Assembly (NCBI RefSeq): GCF_036365525.1
Contig: NW_027140453.1
Coordinates: forward strand, 124,001 to 188,000
Direction of reading: 5' to 3'
DNA: 64,000 nucleotides
Source of the DNA: Heterodontus francisci
Lineage: Eukaryota
A program made the position numbers and the translations under genes. The notes beneath the pieces were generated by a model. That model was given only the letters and a program-made list of their open reading frames with translations, was not told where the DNA came from and ran no database searches. The number at the start of each line of letters is the position of its first letter. Position 1 is the stretch's first letter. This document shows positions 1 to 12,298 of this stretch, piece by piece.

Positions 1-489
1 GTGCAGCACTCCCTCAGTACTGACCCTCTGACAGTGCAGCACTCCCTCAGTACTGACCCTCTGACAGTGCAGAACTCCCTCTGTACTGACCCTCTGACAG
101 TGCATCATTCCCTCAGTAATGACCCTCACACAGTACAGCACTACCTCAGTACGGACTCTCTGACAGTGCATCACTCCTTCAGTACTGACCCTTCAACAGT
201 CCGGCACTCCCTCAGTACTGACACTCCGATAAGGCGGTGCTCCCTCAGTACTGACCCTCGGAATGTGCAGCACTCCCTCAGTACTGACCCACCGACAGTG
301 CAGTCCACCCTCAGTCCTGACAGTAGGTGTGTTGCCTAATGTCCTGTGCTCTGCAATGAGTTTAAATACAAGACCTGCTGCTTTGGAGATCAGTGAGAGA
401 CACCATTTGAACCAGGACTGAGAGCTCAGCAAGTTTAACCAGTGCCCCCAGAACTCGGCAGTGGACATATTCAACATAGGCATGGGGAA

Positions 490-650
490 ACACAGAATCG
501 GAGAATTTGACAGCACCGTGCAAGGCCATTCGGCCCATTGTGTCTGTACAGGCTCTTTGAATGATCAATACAGTACAATCCCAATCTCCCATTCTTTCCC
601 AAAACCCTGCAAATTGTTCCCCTTGCGTTATTTATCCCATTCCCTTTCAG
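490..650 (-). mobile_element. CR1 LINE 3'-tail remnant (present in each full block copy)
   Basis: GGCCATTCGGCCCAT...CCCTGCAAATT...TATTTATCC is the reverse complement of the CR1 3' end seen elsewhere in the window (35590-35660, 41100-41190). Confidence 0.7.
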
Positions 651-1055
651 TGTCCCTCTGACCATTCCCACCCAACGTTCATTTCCGCAGTGCTCTGAAA
701 ATGAATCGTTAATTCCTGGAGATTGCTGGTGGCTTTCAATCCCAGTGTCAATAGAGTGGGAATGTAGCTATGACGTTGTTATTGGTCACAGTAACCATGG
801 GATGCGAAGGCTGTGGGAAAGAGAGAATCTAATTGTTCCCTTCCTGGAACCAAAGATAGTTTTGTATCTTATCCCAGGAAGACCTGACCGTCATCAGATA
901 GTCAAATGGCAGAGAGAGAGAGAGAGAACAGAAGACACAGTGAAATATAATATTCAAACAAGCTGATCCCACATCACAGTTCAGCTACAGAAGAACTCCC
1001 CAAACCCCAGTCTGAAATCAGAGTGAGTGAGGGCACCATTAACTCAGGTCTGAGT

Positions 1056-1167
1056 GTGGCTTGTATCTCAGTGGGAGGGTCTTGTTCCTGTGATTCAGGA
1101 GGACGTGGGGTCCAGTTCAACTCCCGAGACAGGACATCATCTATAAGGACCCCCCCAGTGTCCGTAC
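1056..1167 (+). mobile_element. Degenerate tRNA-derived SINE head (DeuSINE/SacSINE1-like)
   Basis: CTCAGTGGG..TCTTG..TCAGGAGG..GTGGGGTCCAGTTCAACTCCCGAGAC..ATCTA..GAC..CCAGTG is collinear with the recalled shark DeuSINE 5' end (A-box and B-box like). The consensus was recalled from memory, not aligned computationally. Confidence 0.6.
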
Positions 1168-4100
1168 GACAGTGCGGCACACCCTCAGTACTGACCCTCT
1201 GACAGTGCAGCACTCCCTCAGTACTGACCCTCTGACAGTGCATCATTCCCTCAGTACTGACCCTCCGACAGTGCATCACTCCCTCAGTACTGACCCTCTG
1301 ACAGTGCATCACTCCCTCAGTACTGACCCTCTGACATGGCATCATTCCCTCAATAATGACCCTCTGACAGTGCAGCACTCCCTCAGTACTGACCCTCCGA
1401 TAGTGAGGCACTCCCTCAGTACTGACCCTGCGACTGCGCTGCACACTCTCTGTACTGACCGTCTGACAGTGAGGCACTCCCTCAGTACTGAACCTCCGAC
1501 AGTGAGGCATTCCCACAGGACTGTCCCTCCGACAGTGCGGCGCTCCCTCAGTACTGAGTCTCCGACACTGCGGCGCTCCCTCAATACTGACCCTCTGACA
1601 GTGCGGCCCTCCCTCAGTACTGACCCTCCGACAGTTCGGCCCTCCCTCAGTACTGACCCTCCAACAGTGCGACGCTCCCTCAGTACTGACCCTCCGACAG
1701 TGCGGCCCTCCCTCAGTACTGACCCTCCGACAGTGCGGCCCTACCTCAGTACTGACCCTCCGACAGTGTAGCACTCCTTGAGCACTGACCCTCCGATAGT
1801 GCGGCACTCCCTCAGTTCTGACCCTCTGACACTGCGGCACTCCTGCAGTACTGACGCTCCGACAGTGTTGCACTCCCTCAATACTGACCCTCCGAAAGTG
1901 CGGAGCTCCCACAGTACTGACCCTCCGACAGTGCAGCACTCATTGAGTGCTGACCCTCCGACAGTGCGGCGCTCCCTCAGTACTGACCCTCTGACAGTGC
2001 GGCACTCCTGCAGTACTGACCCTCCGACAGTGCGGCACTCCCTCAGTACTGACCCTCCGACAGTGCGGAGCTGCGTCAGTAGTGACCCTCCGATAGTGCG
2101 GCACTCCCGCAGTACTGACCCTCAGATAGTGCAGCTCTCCCTCAGTACTGACACTCTGACAGTGCGGCTCTCCCTCAGTACTGACCCTCCGACAGCGCGG
2201 TGCTCCCTCAGTACTGAAATTCTGACAGTGCAGCTCACCCTCAGTACTGACCCTCCGACAGTGCGGCGCTCCCTCAGTACTGGCACTCCGATAGTGCGGC
2301 GCTCCCTCAGTACTGACCCTCCGACAGTGCGGCACTCCCTCAGTACTGGCACTCCGACAGTGCGGCGCTCCCTCAGTACTGGCACTCCGACAGTGCGGCG
2401 CTCCCTCAGTACTGGCACTCCGAGAGTGTAGAGCTCCCTCAGTAGTGACCCTCCAACAGTGCAGCTCACCCTCAGTACTGACCCTCAGACAGTGCAGCAC
2501 TCCCTCAGTACTGGCACTCCGATAGTGCGGCACTCCCTCAGTACTGACACTCCGAGAGTGTAGAGCTCCCTCAGTAGTGACCCTCCAACAGTGCGGCACT
2601 CCCGCAGTACTGACCCTCCGACAGTGCGGCACTCCCTCTGTACTGACCCTCCGACAGTGCGGCGTTCCGTCAGTACTGACCCTCCGACAGTGCGGCACTC
2701 CCTCTGTACTGACCCTCCGACAGTGCGGCGTTTCCTCAGTCCTGACCCTCCGACAGTTCTGCACTCCCTCAGTACTGACCCTCCGATAGTTTGGAGCTCC
2801 CTCAGTACTGACCCTCCGACAGTGCAGCTCTCCCTCAGTACTGACACTCTGACAGTGCGGCACTCCCTCATTACTGACCCTCCGACAATGCGGTGCTCCC
2901 TCAGTACTGACCCTCCGACAGTTCTGCACACAGTCAGTACTGTCCCTCGGACATGCGGCACCGCGTCAGTACTGACCCTCCGACAGTGCGGCGCTCCTTC
3001 AGTACTGAGCCTCCGACAGTGCGGCCCTCCCTCAGTACCCGAACCTCCGACAGTTCGGCCCTTCTCAGTACTGACCCTCCAACAGTGCGGCCCTCCCTCA
3101 GTACTGCCTCCGATAGTGCGGTGTTCCCTCAGTTCTGACCCTCTGACAGTTCGGCACTCCTGCAGTACTGACGCTCCAAAAGTGCGGCACTCCCTCAGTA
3201 CTGGCCCTCCGACAGTGCGGCGTTCCCTCAATACTGATCCTCTGAAGGTGTGGCGTTTCCTCAGTATTGACCCTGCAACAGTGAAGCACTCCCTCAGTAC
3301 CGACCCTCCAACAGTGCTGCACGCCCTCAGTACTGACCCTCCGAAAGTGCGGAGCTCCCTCAGTACTGACCCTCCGACAGAGCAGCTCTCATTGAGTACT
3401 GACCCTCCGACAGTGCGGCGCTCCCTCAGTACTTACTCTCCAACAGTGCGGCGTTTCCTCAGTACTGACCCTCCGACAGTGCGGCACTCCCTCAGTACTG
3501 ACCCTCAGATAGTGCAGCTCTCCCTCAGTACTGACACTCTGACAGAGCGGCACTCCCTCAGTACTGACCCTCTGACAGTGCGGAGCTCCCTCAGTACTAA
3601 CCCTCCGACAGTTCGGCGCTCCCTCAGTTCTGACCCTCTGACAATGCAGTGATCCCTCAGAACTGACCCTCTGAAAGTGCAGCCCTGCCTCAGTACCGAC
3701 CCTCCGACAGTTCGGCCCTCCCTCAGTACCGACACTCCGACAGTGCGGCATTCCCTCAGTACCGACCCTCTGACAGTGCATCACTCCCTCGGTACTGAGT
3801 GTCTGACAGTGCATCACTGCCTCAGTACTGACCCTCTGACAGTGCATCACTGCCTCAGTACTGACCCTCTGACAGTGCATCACTGCCTCAGTACTGACCC
3901 ACTGACAGTGCATCACTCCCTCAGTACTGACCCCCCCACAGTGCAGCACTCCCTCAATACTGACCCTCTGACAGTGCAGCACTCCCTCAGTACTGACCCT
4001 CTGACAGTGCATCGCTGCCTCAGTACTGACCCACTGACAGTGCATCACTCCCTCAGTACTGACCCTCTGACAGTGCGGCGCTCTCTCAGTACTGACACTC

Positions 4101-5023
4101 CGACAGTGCGGCACTCCCTCAGTACCGACCCTCTGACAGTGCATCACTCCCTCAGTACTGACCCTCTGACAGTGCAGCACACCCTCAGTACTGACCCTCT
4201 GACAGTGCATCACTGCCTCAGGACTGACCCACTGACAGTGCATCACTCCCTCGGTACTGAGTGTCTGACAGTGCATCACTGCCTCAGTACTGACCCTCTG
4301 ACAGTGCATCACTGTCTCAGTACTGACCCACTGACAGTGCATCACTCCCTCAGTACTGACCCCCCCACAGTGCAGCACTCCCTCAGTACTGACCCTCTGA
4401 CAGTGCATCACTCCCTCAGTACTGAGCGTCTGACAGTGCAGCACACCCTCAGTACTGCCCCTCCAATAGTGCAGCACTCCCTCAGTACTGACCCTCTGAC
4501 AGTGCAGCACTCTCTCAGTACTGACGCTCTGACAGTGCAGCACTCCCTCAGTACTGACCCTCTGACAGTGCATCATTCCCTCAGTACTGACCCTCTCACA
4601 GTACAGCACTACCTCAGTACTGACCCTCTGACAGTGCAGCACTCCCTCAGTACTGACCCTCTGACAGTGCATCATTCCCTCAGTACTGACCCTCTGACAG
4701 TACAGCACTACCTCAGTACTGACCCTCTGACAGTGCAGCACTCCCTCAGTACTGACCCTCTGACAGTGCATCACTCCCTCTGTACTGACCCTCTGACAGT
4801 GCATCACTCCCTCAGTACTGACCCTCTGACAGTGCAGCACTCCCTCAGTAAGGACTCTCTGACAGTGCATCACTCCTTCAGTACTGACCCTTCAACAGTC
4901 CGGCACTCCCTCAGTACTGACACTCCGATAAGGCGGTGCTCCCTCAGTACTGACCCTCGGAATGTGCAGCATTCCCTCAGTACTGACCCTCCGACAGTGC
5001 GGTCCACCCTCAGTACTGACAGT

Positions 5024-5870
5024 AGGTGTGTTGCCTGATGTCTACTGCTCTGCGATGAGTTTAAATACAAGACCTGCTGCTTTGGAGGTCAGTGAGAGAC
5101 ACCATTTGAACCAGGACTGAGAGCCCAGCAAGTTTAACCAGTGCCCCCAGAACTAGGCAGTGGACATATTCAACATGGGCATGGGGAAACACAGAATCGG
5201 AGAATTTGACAGCACCGTGCAAGGCCATTCGGCCCATTGTGTCCGTACAGGCTCTTTGAATGATCAATACAGTACAATCCCAATCTCCCATTCTTTCCCA
5301 AAGCCCTTCAAATTGTTCCCCTTGCGTTATTTATCCCATTCCCTTTCAGTGTCCCTCTGACCATTCCCACCCAACGTTCATTTCCGCAGTGCTCTGAAAA
5401 TGAATCGTTAATTCCTGGAGATTGCTGGTGGCTTTCAATCCCAGTGTCAATGGAGTGGGAATGTAGCTATGATGTTGTTATTGGTCACAGTAAATATGGG
5501 ATGCGAGGGCTGTGGGAAAGAGAGGATCTAATTGTTCCCTTCCTGGAACCAAAGATAGTTTTGTATCTTATCCCAGGAAGACCTGTCCGTTATCAGATAG
5601 TCAAATGGCAGAGAGAGAGAGAGAGAGAGAACAGAAGACACAGTGAAATATAATATTCAAACAAGCTGATCCCACATCACAGTTCAGCAACAGAAGAACT
5701 CCCCAAACCCCAGTCTGAAATCAGAGTGAGTGAGGGCACCATTAACTCAGGTCTGAGTGTGGCTTGTATCTCAGTGGGAGGGTCTTGTTCCTGAGATTCA
5801 GGAGGACGTGGGGTCCAGTTCAACTCCCGAGACTGGACATCATCTATAAGGACCCCCCCAGTGTCCGTAC
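5024..5870. repeat. Higher-order repeat unique block, copy 2
   Basis: Direct near-identity to 325-1167. Confidence 0.95.
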
Positions 5871-8470
5871 GACAGTGCGGCACTCCCTCAGTACTGACCC
5901 TCTGACAGTGCATCACTCCCTCAGTACTGACCCTCTGACAGTGCATCATTCCCTCAGTACTGACCCTCTGATTGTGCAGCACTCCCTCAGTACTGACCCT
6001 CTGACATGGCTTCATTCCCTCAATAATGACCCTCTGACAGTGCAGCACTCCCTCAGTACTGAGCCTCTGACAGTGCAGCACTCCCTCAGTACTGACCCTC
6101 TGACAGTTCATCATTCCCTCAGTACTGACCCTCCCACAGTACAGCACTACCTCAGTACTGACCCTCTGACAGTGCATCACTCCATCAGTACTGACCCTCT
6201 GACAGTGCAGCACTCCCTCAGTACTGACTCTCTGAAAGTGCATCACTCCTTCAGCACTGACCCTCTGACAGTGCATCACTCCCTCAGTACTGACGCTCTG
6301 ACAGTGTGGCACTCCCTCAGTACTGACCCTCTGACAGTGCATCACTCCCTGAGTACTGACTCTCTGACAGTGCATCACTCCTCAGCACTGACCCTCTGAC
6401 AGTGCATCACTCCCTCAGTACTGACGCTTTGACAGTGTGGCACTCTCTCAGTACTGACCCTCCGACAGTCCGGCACTCCCTCAGTACTGACCCTCTGAAA
6501 GTGCATCACTCCCTGAGTACTGACTCTCTGACAGTGCATCACTCCCTCAGTACTGACCCTCTGACAGTGCAGCACTCCCTCAGTACTGACTCTCTGACAG
6601 TGCATCACTCCCTCAGTACTGACCCTCTGACAGTGCATCACTCCCTGAGTACTGACTCTCTGACAGTGCATCACTCCTCAGCACTGACCCTCTGACAGTG
6701 CACCACTCCCTCAGGACTGACCCTCTGATAGTGCATCATTCCCTCATTACTGACCCTCTGACAGTGCATCACTCCCTCAGTACTGACTCTCTGACAGTGC
6801 ATCACTCCTCAGCACTGACCCTCTGACAGTGCACCACTGCCTCAGGACTGACCCTCTGATAGTGCATCACTCCCTTAATACCGACCCTCTGACAGTGCAT
6901 CACTCCCTCAGTACTGCCCCTCCAACAGTGCGGCACTCCCTCTGTACTGACCCTCGGAATGTGCATCACACCCTCAGTACTGACCCTCTGACAGTGCAGC
7001 GCTCCCTCAATACTGACCCTCAGACAGTGAGGCACACCCTCAGTACTGACCCTCTGACAGTGTGGCGCACCCTCAGTACTGACCCTCTGACAGTGCAGCA
7101 CTCCCTCAGTACTGACCCTCTGACAGTGCAGCACTACCTCAGTACTGACCCTCCGACAGTGCATCACTCCATCAGTACTGACCCTCTGACAGTGCAGCAC
7201 TCCCTCAGTACTGACCCTCTGAAAGTGCATCACTCCCTCAGTACTGACTCTCTGACAGTGCATCACTCCTTCAGCACTGACCCTCTGACAGTGCATCACT
7301 CCTTCAGTACTGACCCTCCCACAGGACAGCACTCCCTCAGTAATGACCCTCTGACAGTGCGGCACTCTCTCAGTACTGACCCTCCGACAGTCCGGCACTC
7401 CCTCAGTACTGACCCTCTGATAGTGCATCACTCCCTCAGTACTGACCCTCTGACAGTGCATCACTCCCTCAGTGCTGACCCTCTGACAGTGCATCACTCC
7501 CTCAGTACTGACCCTCTGACAGTGCATCACTCTCTCAGTGCTGACCCTCTGACAGTGCATCACTCCCTCAGTACTGACCCTCCCACAGTACAGCACTACC
7601 TCAGTACTGACCCTCTGACAGTGCAGCACTCCCTCAGTACTGACCCTCTGACAGTGCAGCACTTCCTCAGTACTGACCCTCTGACAGTGCATCACTCCCT
7701 CAGTACTGACCCTCCCACAGTACAGCACTCCCTCAGTACTGACCGTCTGACAGTGCGGCGCACCCTCAATACTGACCCTCTGACAGTGCAGCACTACCTC
7801 AGTACTGACCCTCCGACAGTGCAGCACTCCCTCAGTACTGACCCTCTGACAGTGCATCACTCCCTCAGTACTGACCCTCTGACAGTGCAGCACTCCCTCA
7901 GTACTGACCCTCTGACAGTGCATCACTCCCTCAGTACTGACCCTCTGACAGTGCAGCACTCCCTCAGTACTGACCCTGACAGTGCATCACTCCCTCAGTA
8001 CTGACCCTCTGACAGTGCAGCACTCCCTCAGTACTGACCCTCTGATAGTGCAGCACTCCCTCAGTATTGACCCTCTGACAGTGCAGCACTCCCTCAGTAC
8101 TGACCCTCTGACAGTGCAGCACTCCCTCAGTACTGACCCTCTGACAGTGCATCACTCCCTCAGTACTGACCCTCCCACAGTACAGCACTCCCTCAGGAAT
8201 GACCCTCTGACAGTGCAGCACTCCCTCAGTACTGACCCTCTGACAGTGCATCACTCCCTCAGTACTGACCTTCCGATAGTTCGGAGCTCCCTCAGTAGTG
8301 ACCCTCCGACAGTGCGGCACTCCCTCAGTTCTGACTTTCTGACAGTGCAGTGCTCCCTCACAACTGACCCTCTGACAGTGTGGCACTCCTTCAGTACTGA
8401 CCCTCCGACAGTGTGGCCCTCCCTCAGTACTGACCCTCCGACAGTGTGGTCCACCCTCAGTCCTGACAGT

Positions 8471-9315
8471 AGTTTTGTTGCCTGATGTCTTCTGCTCTGC
8501 AAAGAGTTTAAGTACAAGACCTGCTGCTTTGGAGATCAGTGAGAGACACCATTTGAACCAGGACTGAGAGCTCAGCAAGTTTAACCAGTGCCCCCAGAAC
8601 TAGGCAGTGGACATATTCAACATGGGCATGGGGAAACACAGAATCAGAGAATTTGACAGCACCATGCAAGGCCATTCGGCCCATTGTGTCTGGACAGGCT
8701 CTTTGAATGATCAATGCAGTACAATCCCAATCTCCCATTCTTTCCCAAAGCCCTTCAAATTGTTCCCCTTGCGTTATTTATCCCATTCCCTTTCAGTGTC
8801 CCTCTGACCATTCCCACCCAACGTTCATTTCTGCAGTGCTCTGAAAATGAATCGTTAATTCCTGGAGATTGCTGGTGGCTTTCAATCCCAGTGTCAATGG
8901 AGTGGGAATGTAGCTATGACGTTGTTATTGGTCACAGTAACCATGGGATGCGAGGGCTGTGGGAAAGAGAGGATCTAATTGTTCCCTTCCTGGAACCAAA
9001 GATAGTTTTGTATCTTATCCCAGGAAGACCTGTCCGTTATCAGATAGTCAAATGGCAGAGAGAGAGAGAGAGAGAACAGAAGACACAGTGAAATATAATA
9101 TTCAAACAAGCTGATCCCACATCACAGTTCAGCGACAGAAGAACTCCCCAAACCCCAGTCTGAAATCAGAGTGAGTGAGGGCACCATTAACTCAGGTCTG
9201 AGTGTGGCTTGTATCTCAGTGGGAGGGTCTTGTTCCTGAGATTCAGGAGGACGTGGGGTCCAGTTCAACTCCCGAGACTGGACATCATCTATAAGGACCC
9301 CCCCAGTGTCCGTAC
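8471..9315. repeat. Higher-order repeat unique block, copy 3
   Basis: Direct near-identity to 325-1167. Confidence 0.95.
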
Positions 9316-12149
9316 GACAGTGCGGCACTCCCTCAGTACTGACCCTCTGACAGTGCAGCACTCCCTCAGTACTGACCCGCTGACAGTGCATCACTCCCTC
9401 AGTACTGACCCTCCCACAGTACAGCACTCCCTCAGTACTGACCCTCTGATAGTGCAGCACTCCCTCAGTATTGACCCTCTGACAGTGCATCACTCCCTCA
9501 GTACTGACCATCTGACAGTGAGGCACTCCCTCAGTACTGACCCTCTGACAGTGCATCACTCCCTCAGTACCGACCATCTGACAGTGCATCACTCGATCAG
9601 TACTGACCCTCTGACAGTGCATCACTCCCTCAGTACTGACCCTCTGACAGTGCAGCACTCCCTCAGTACTGACCCTCTGACAGTGCATCACTCCCTCAGT
9701 ACTGACCCTCTGACAGTGCATCAACCCCTCAGTACTGACCCTCTGACAGTGCATCACTCCCTCAGTACTGACCCTCTGACAGTGCATCATTCCCTCAGTA
9801 CTGACCCTCCCACAGTACAGCACTCCCTCAGTACTGACCCTCCCACAGTACAGCACTCCCTCAGTACTGACCCTCTGACAGTGCATCACTCCCTCAATAC
9901 TGACCCACCCACAGTACAGCACTCCCTCAGTAATGACCCTCTGACAGTGCAGCACTCCCTCAGTACTGACCCTCTGACAGTGCAGCACTCCCTCAGCACT
10001 GACCCTTTGACAGTGCAGCACTCCCTGAGTACTGACCCTCCGACAGTGCAGCACTCCCTCAGTACCGGACCTCTGACAGTGCATCACTCCCTCAGTACTG
10101 AGCGTCTGACAGTGCAGCACTCCCTCAGCACTGACCCTTTGACAGTGCAGCACTCCCTCAGTACTGACCCTCCGACAGTGCAGCACTCCCACAGTACCGG
10201 CCCTCTGACAGTGCATCACTCCCTCAGTACTGACCCTCTGACAGTGCATCACTCCCTCAGTACTGACCGTCTGACAGTGCAGCACTCCCTCAGTAGTGAC
10301 CCTTTGACAGTGCTGCACTCCCTCAGTACTGACCCTCTGACAGTGCAGCACTCCCTCAGCACTGACCCTTTGACAGTGCAGCACTCCCTCAGCACTGACC
10401 CTTTGACAGTGCAGCCCTCCCTCAGCACTGACCCTTTGACAGTGCAGCACTCCCTCAGTACTGACCCTCCGACAGTGCAGCACTCCCTCAGTCCTGACCC
10501 TCTGACAGTGCATCACTCCCTCATTACTGAGTGTCTGACAGTGCAGCACTCCCTCAGTACTGACCCTCTGACAGAGCATCACTCCCTCAGTACCGGCCCT
10601 CTGACAGTGCATCACTCCCTCAGTACTGACCCTCTGACAGTGCTGCGCTCTCTCAGTACTGACACTCCGACAGTGCGGCACTCCCTCAGTACCGACCCTC
10701 TGACAGAGCATCACTGCCTCAGTACTGACCCTCTCACAGTACATCACTCCCTCAGTACTGACCCTCTGACAGTGCATCACTCCCTCAGTACTGACCCTCT
10801 GACAGTGCGTCACTCCCTCAGTACTGAGCGTCTGACAGTGCAGCACACCCTCAGTACTGACCCTTTGACAGTGCAGCACTCCCTCAGTCCTGACCCTCTG
10901 ACAGTGCAGCACTCCCTCAGTACTGACCCTCTGACAGTGCATCACTCCCTCAGTACTGACCCACTGACAGTGCATCACTCCCTCAGTACTGAGCGTCTGA
11001 CAGTGCAGCACACCCTCAGTATTGCCCCTCCAACAGTGCGGCACTCCCTCAGTACTGACACTCCGATACGGCGGTGCTCCCTCAGTACTGTCCCTCGAAA
11101 TGTGCATCACTCCCTCAGTACTGACCCACTGACAGCACAGCAGTCCTTCAGTACTGACCCTCCGATGGAGCAGCACTCCCTCAGTACTGACCCTCTGACA
11201 GTGAGGCACTCCCTCAGTACTGACCCTCCGACAGTGTGGCGCACCCTCAATACTGAGCCTCCGACAGTGCAGCACTCCCTCAGTACTGAACCTCTGACAG
11301 CACAGCAGTCCTTCAGTACTGACCCTCCGATGGAGCAGCACTCCCTCAGTACTGACCCTCTGACAGTGAGGCACTCCCTCAGGACTGACCCTCCAACAGT
11401 GTGGCGCACCCTCAATACTGAGCCTCCGACAGTGCAGCACTCCCTCAGTACTGACCCTTTGACTGTGAAGCACTCTCTCAGTCCTGACCCTCTGACAGTG
11501 CGGCGCACCCTCAATACTGATCCTCTGAAAGTGCAGCACTCCCTCAGTACTGACCCTCTGACATTGCAGCACTCACTCAGTACTGACCCTCTGACAGTGC
11601 ATCACTACCTCAGTTCTGACCCTCTGACAGTGCAGCACTCCCTCAGTACTGTCCCTCTGACAGTACATCTCTCCCTCAGTGCTGACCCTCTCACAGTACA
11701 GAACTCCCACAGTACTGACACTCCGATAGTGCGGAGCTCCCTCAGTCCTCGCCCTCGGAATGTGCATCACTCCCTCAGTACTGACCCTCTGACAGTGAGG
11801 CACTCCCTCAGTAATGACCCTCCAACAGAGTGGCGCACACTCAATACTGACCCTCCGACAGTGCAGCACTCCCTCAGTACTGACCCTCTGAGTGCGGCAC
11901 TCCCTCAGTACTGACCCTCTGACAGTGCAGCACTCCCTCAGTACTGACCCTCTGATAGTGCAGCACTCTCTCAGTACTGACCCTCTCACAGTACAGCACT
12001 ACCTCAGTACGGACTCTCTGACAGTGCATCACTCCTTCAGTACTGACCCTTCAACAGTCCAGCACTCCCTCAGTACTGACACTCCGATAAGGCGGTGCTC
12101 CCTCAGTACTGACCCTCGGAATGTGCAGTCCACCCTCAGTCCTGACAGT

Positions 12150-12298
12150 AGGTGTGTTGCCTGATGTCCTGTGCTCTGCAATGAGTTTAAATACAAGTCC
12201 TGCTGCTTTGGAGATCAGTGAGAGACACAATTTGAACCAGGACTGAGAGCTCAGCAATTTTAACCAGTGCCCCCAGAACTAGGCAGTGGACATATTCA
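12150..12298. repeat. Higher-order repeat unique block, 5' fragment (truncated copy)
   Basis: Matches the first ~150 bp of the block, then jumps back into 33-mers at CATATTCA|GCACTCCC. Confidence 0.93.

Larger units (their letters stand above)
325..1167. repeat. ~845-bp unique block of the higher-order repeat, copy 1 (contains a CR1 3'-tail remnant, a (GA)n tract and a degenerate tRNA-SINE head)
   Basis: Near-identical copies at 5024-5870, 8471-9315, 17756-18602 and 20350-21196, with partial copies at 12150-12298 and 22903-23013. Confidence 0.95.

Noticed and set aside
700-885. STAT-like sites (TTCCTGGAA at 841-849 and near matches) in each block copy
   Set aside because: One perfect TTCnnnGAA in ~850 bp is within chance expectation, and its repetition only reflects block duplication.
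820-965. Possible J segment/12-RSS in the repeated block (CACAGTG at 936-942; minus-strand TIFGSRKGT and MVTVT)
   Set aside because: The nonamer matches only ~5/9, there is no intact FGxG/WGxG motif or splice donor, and the pieces are not at J-like distances from the heptamer.
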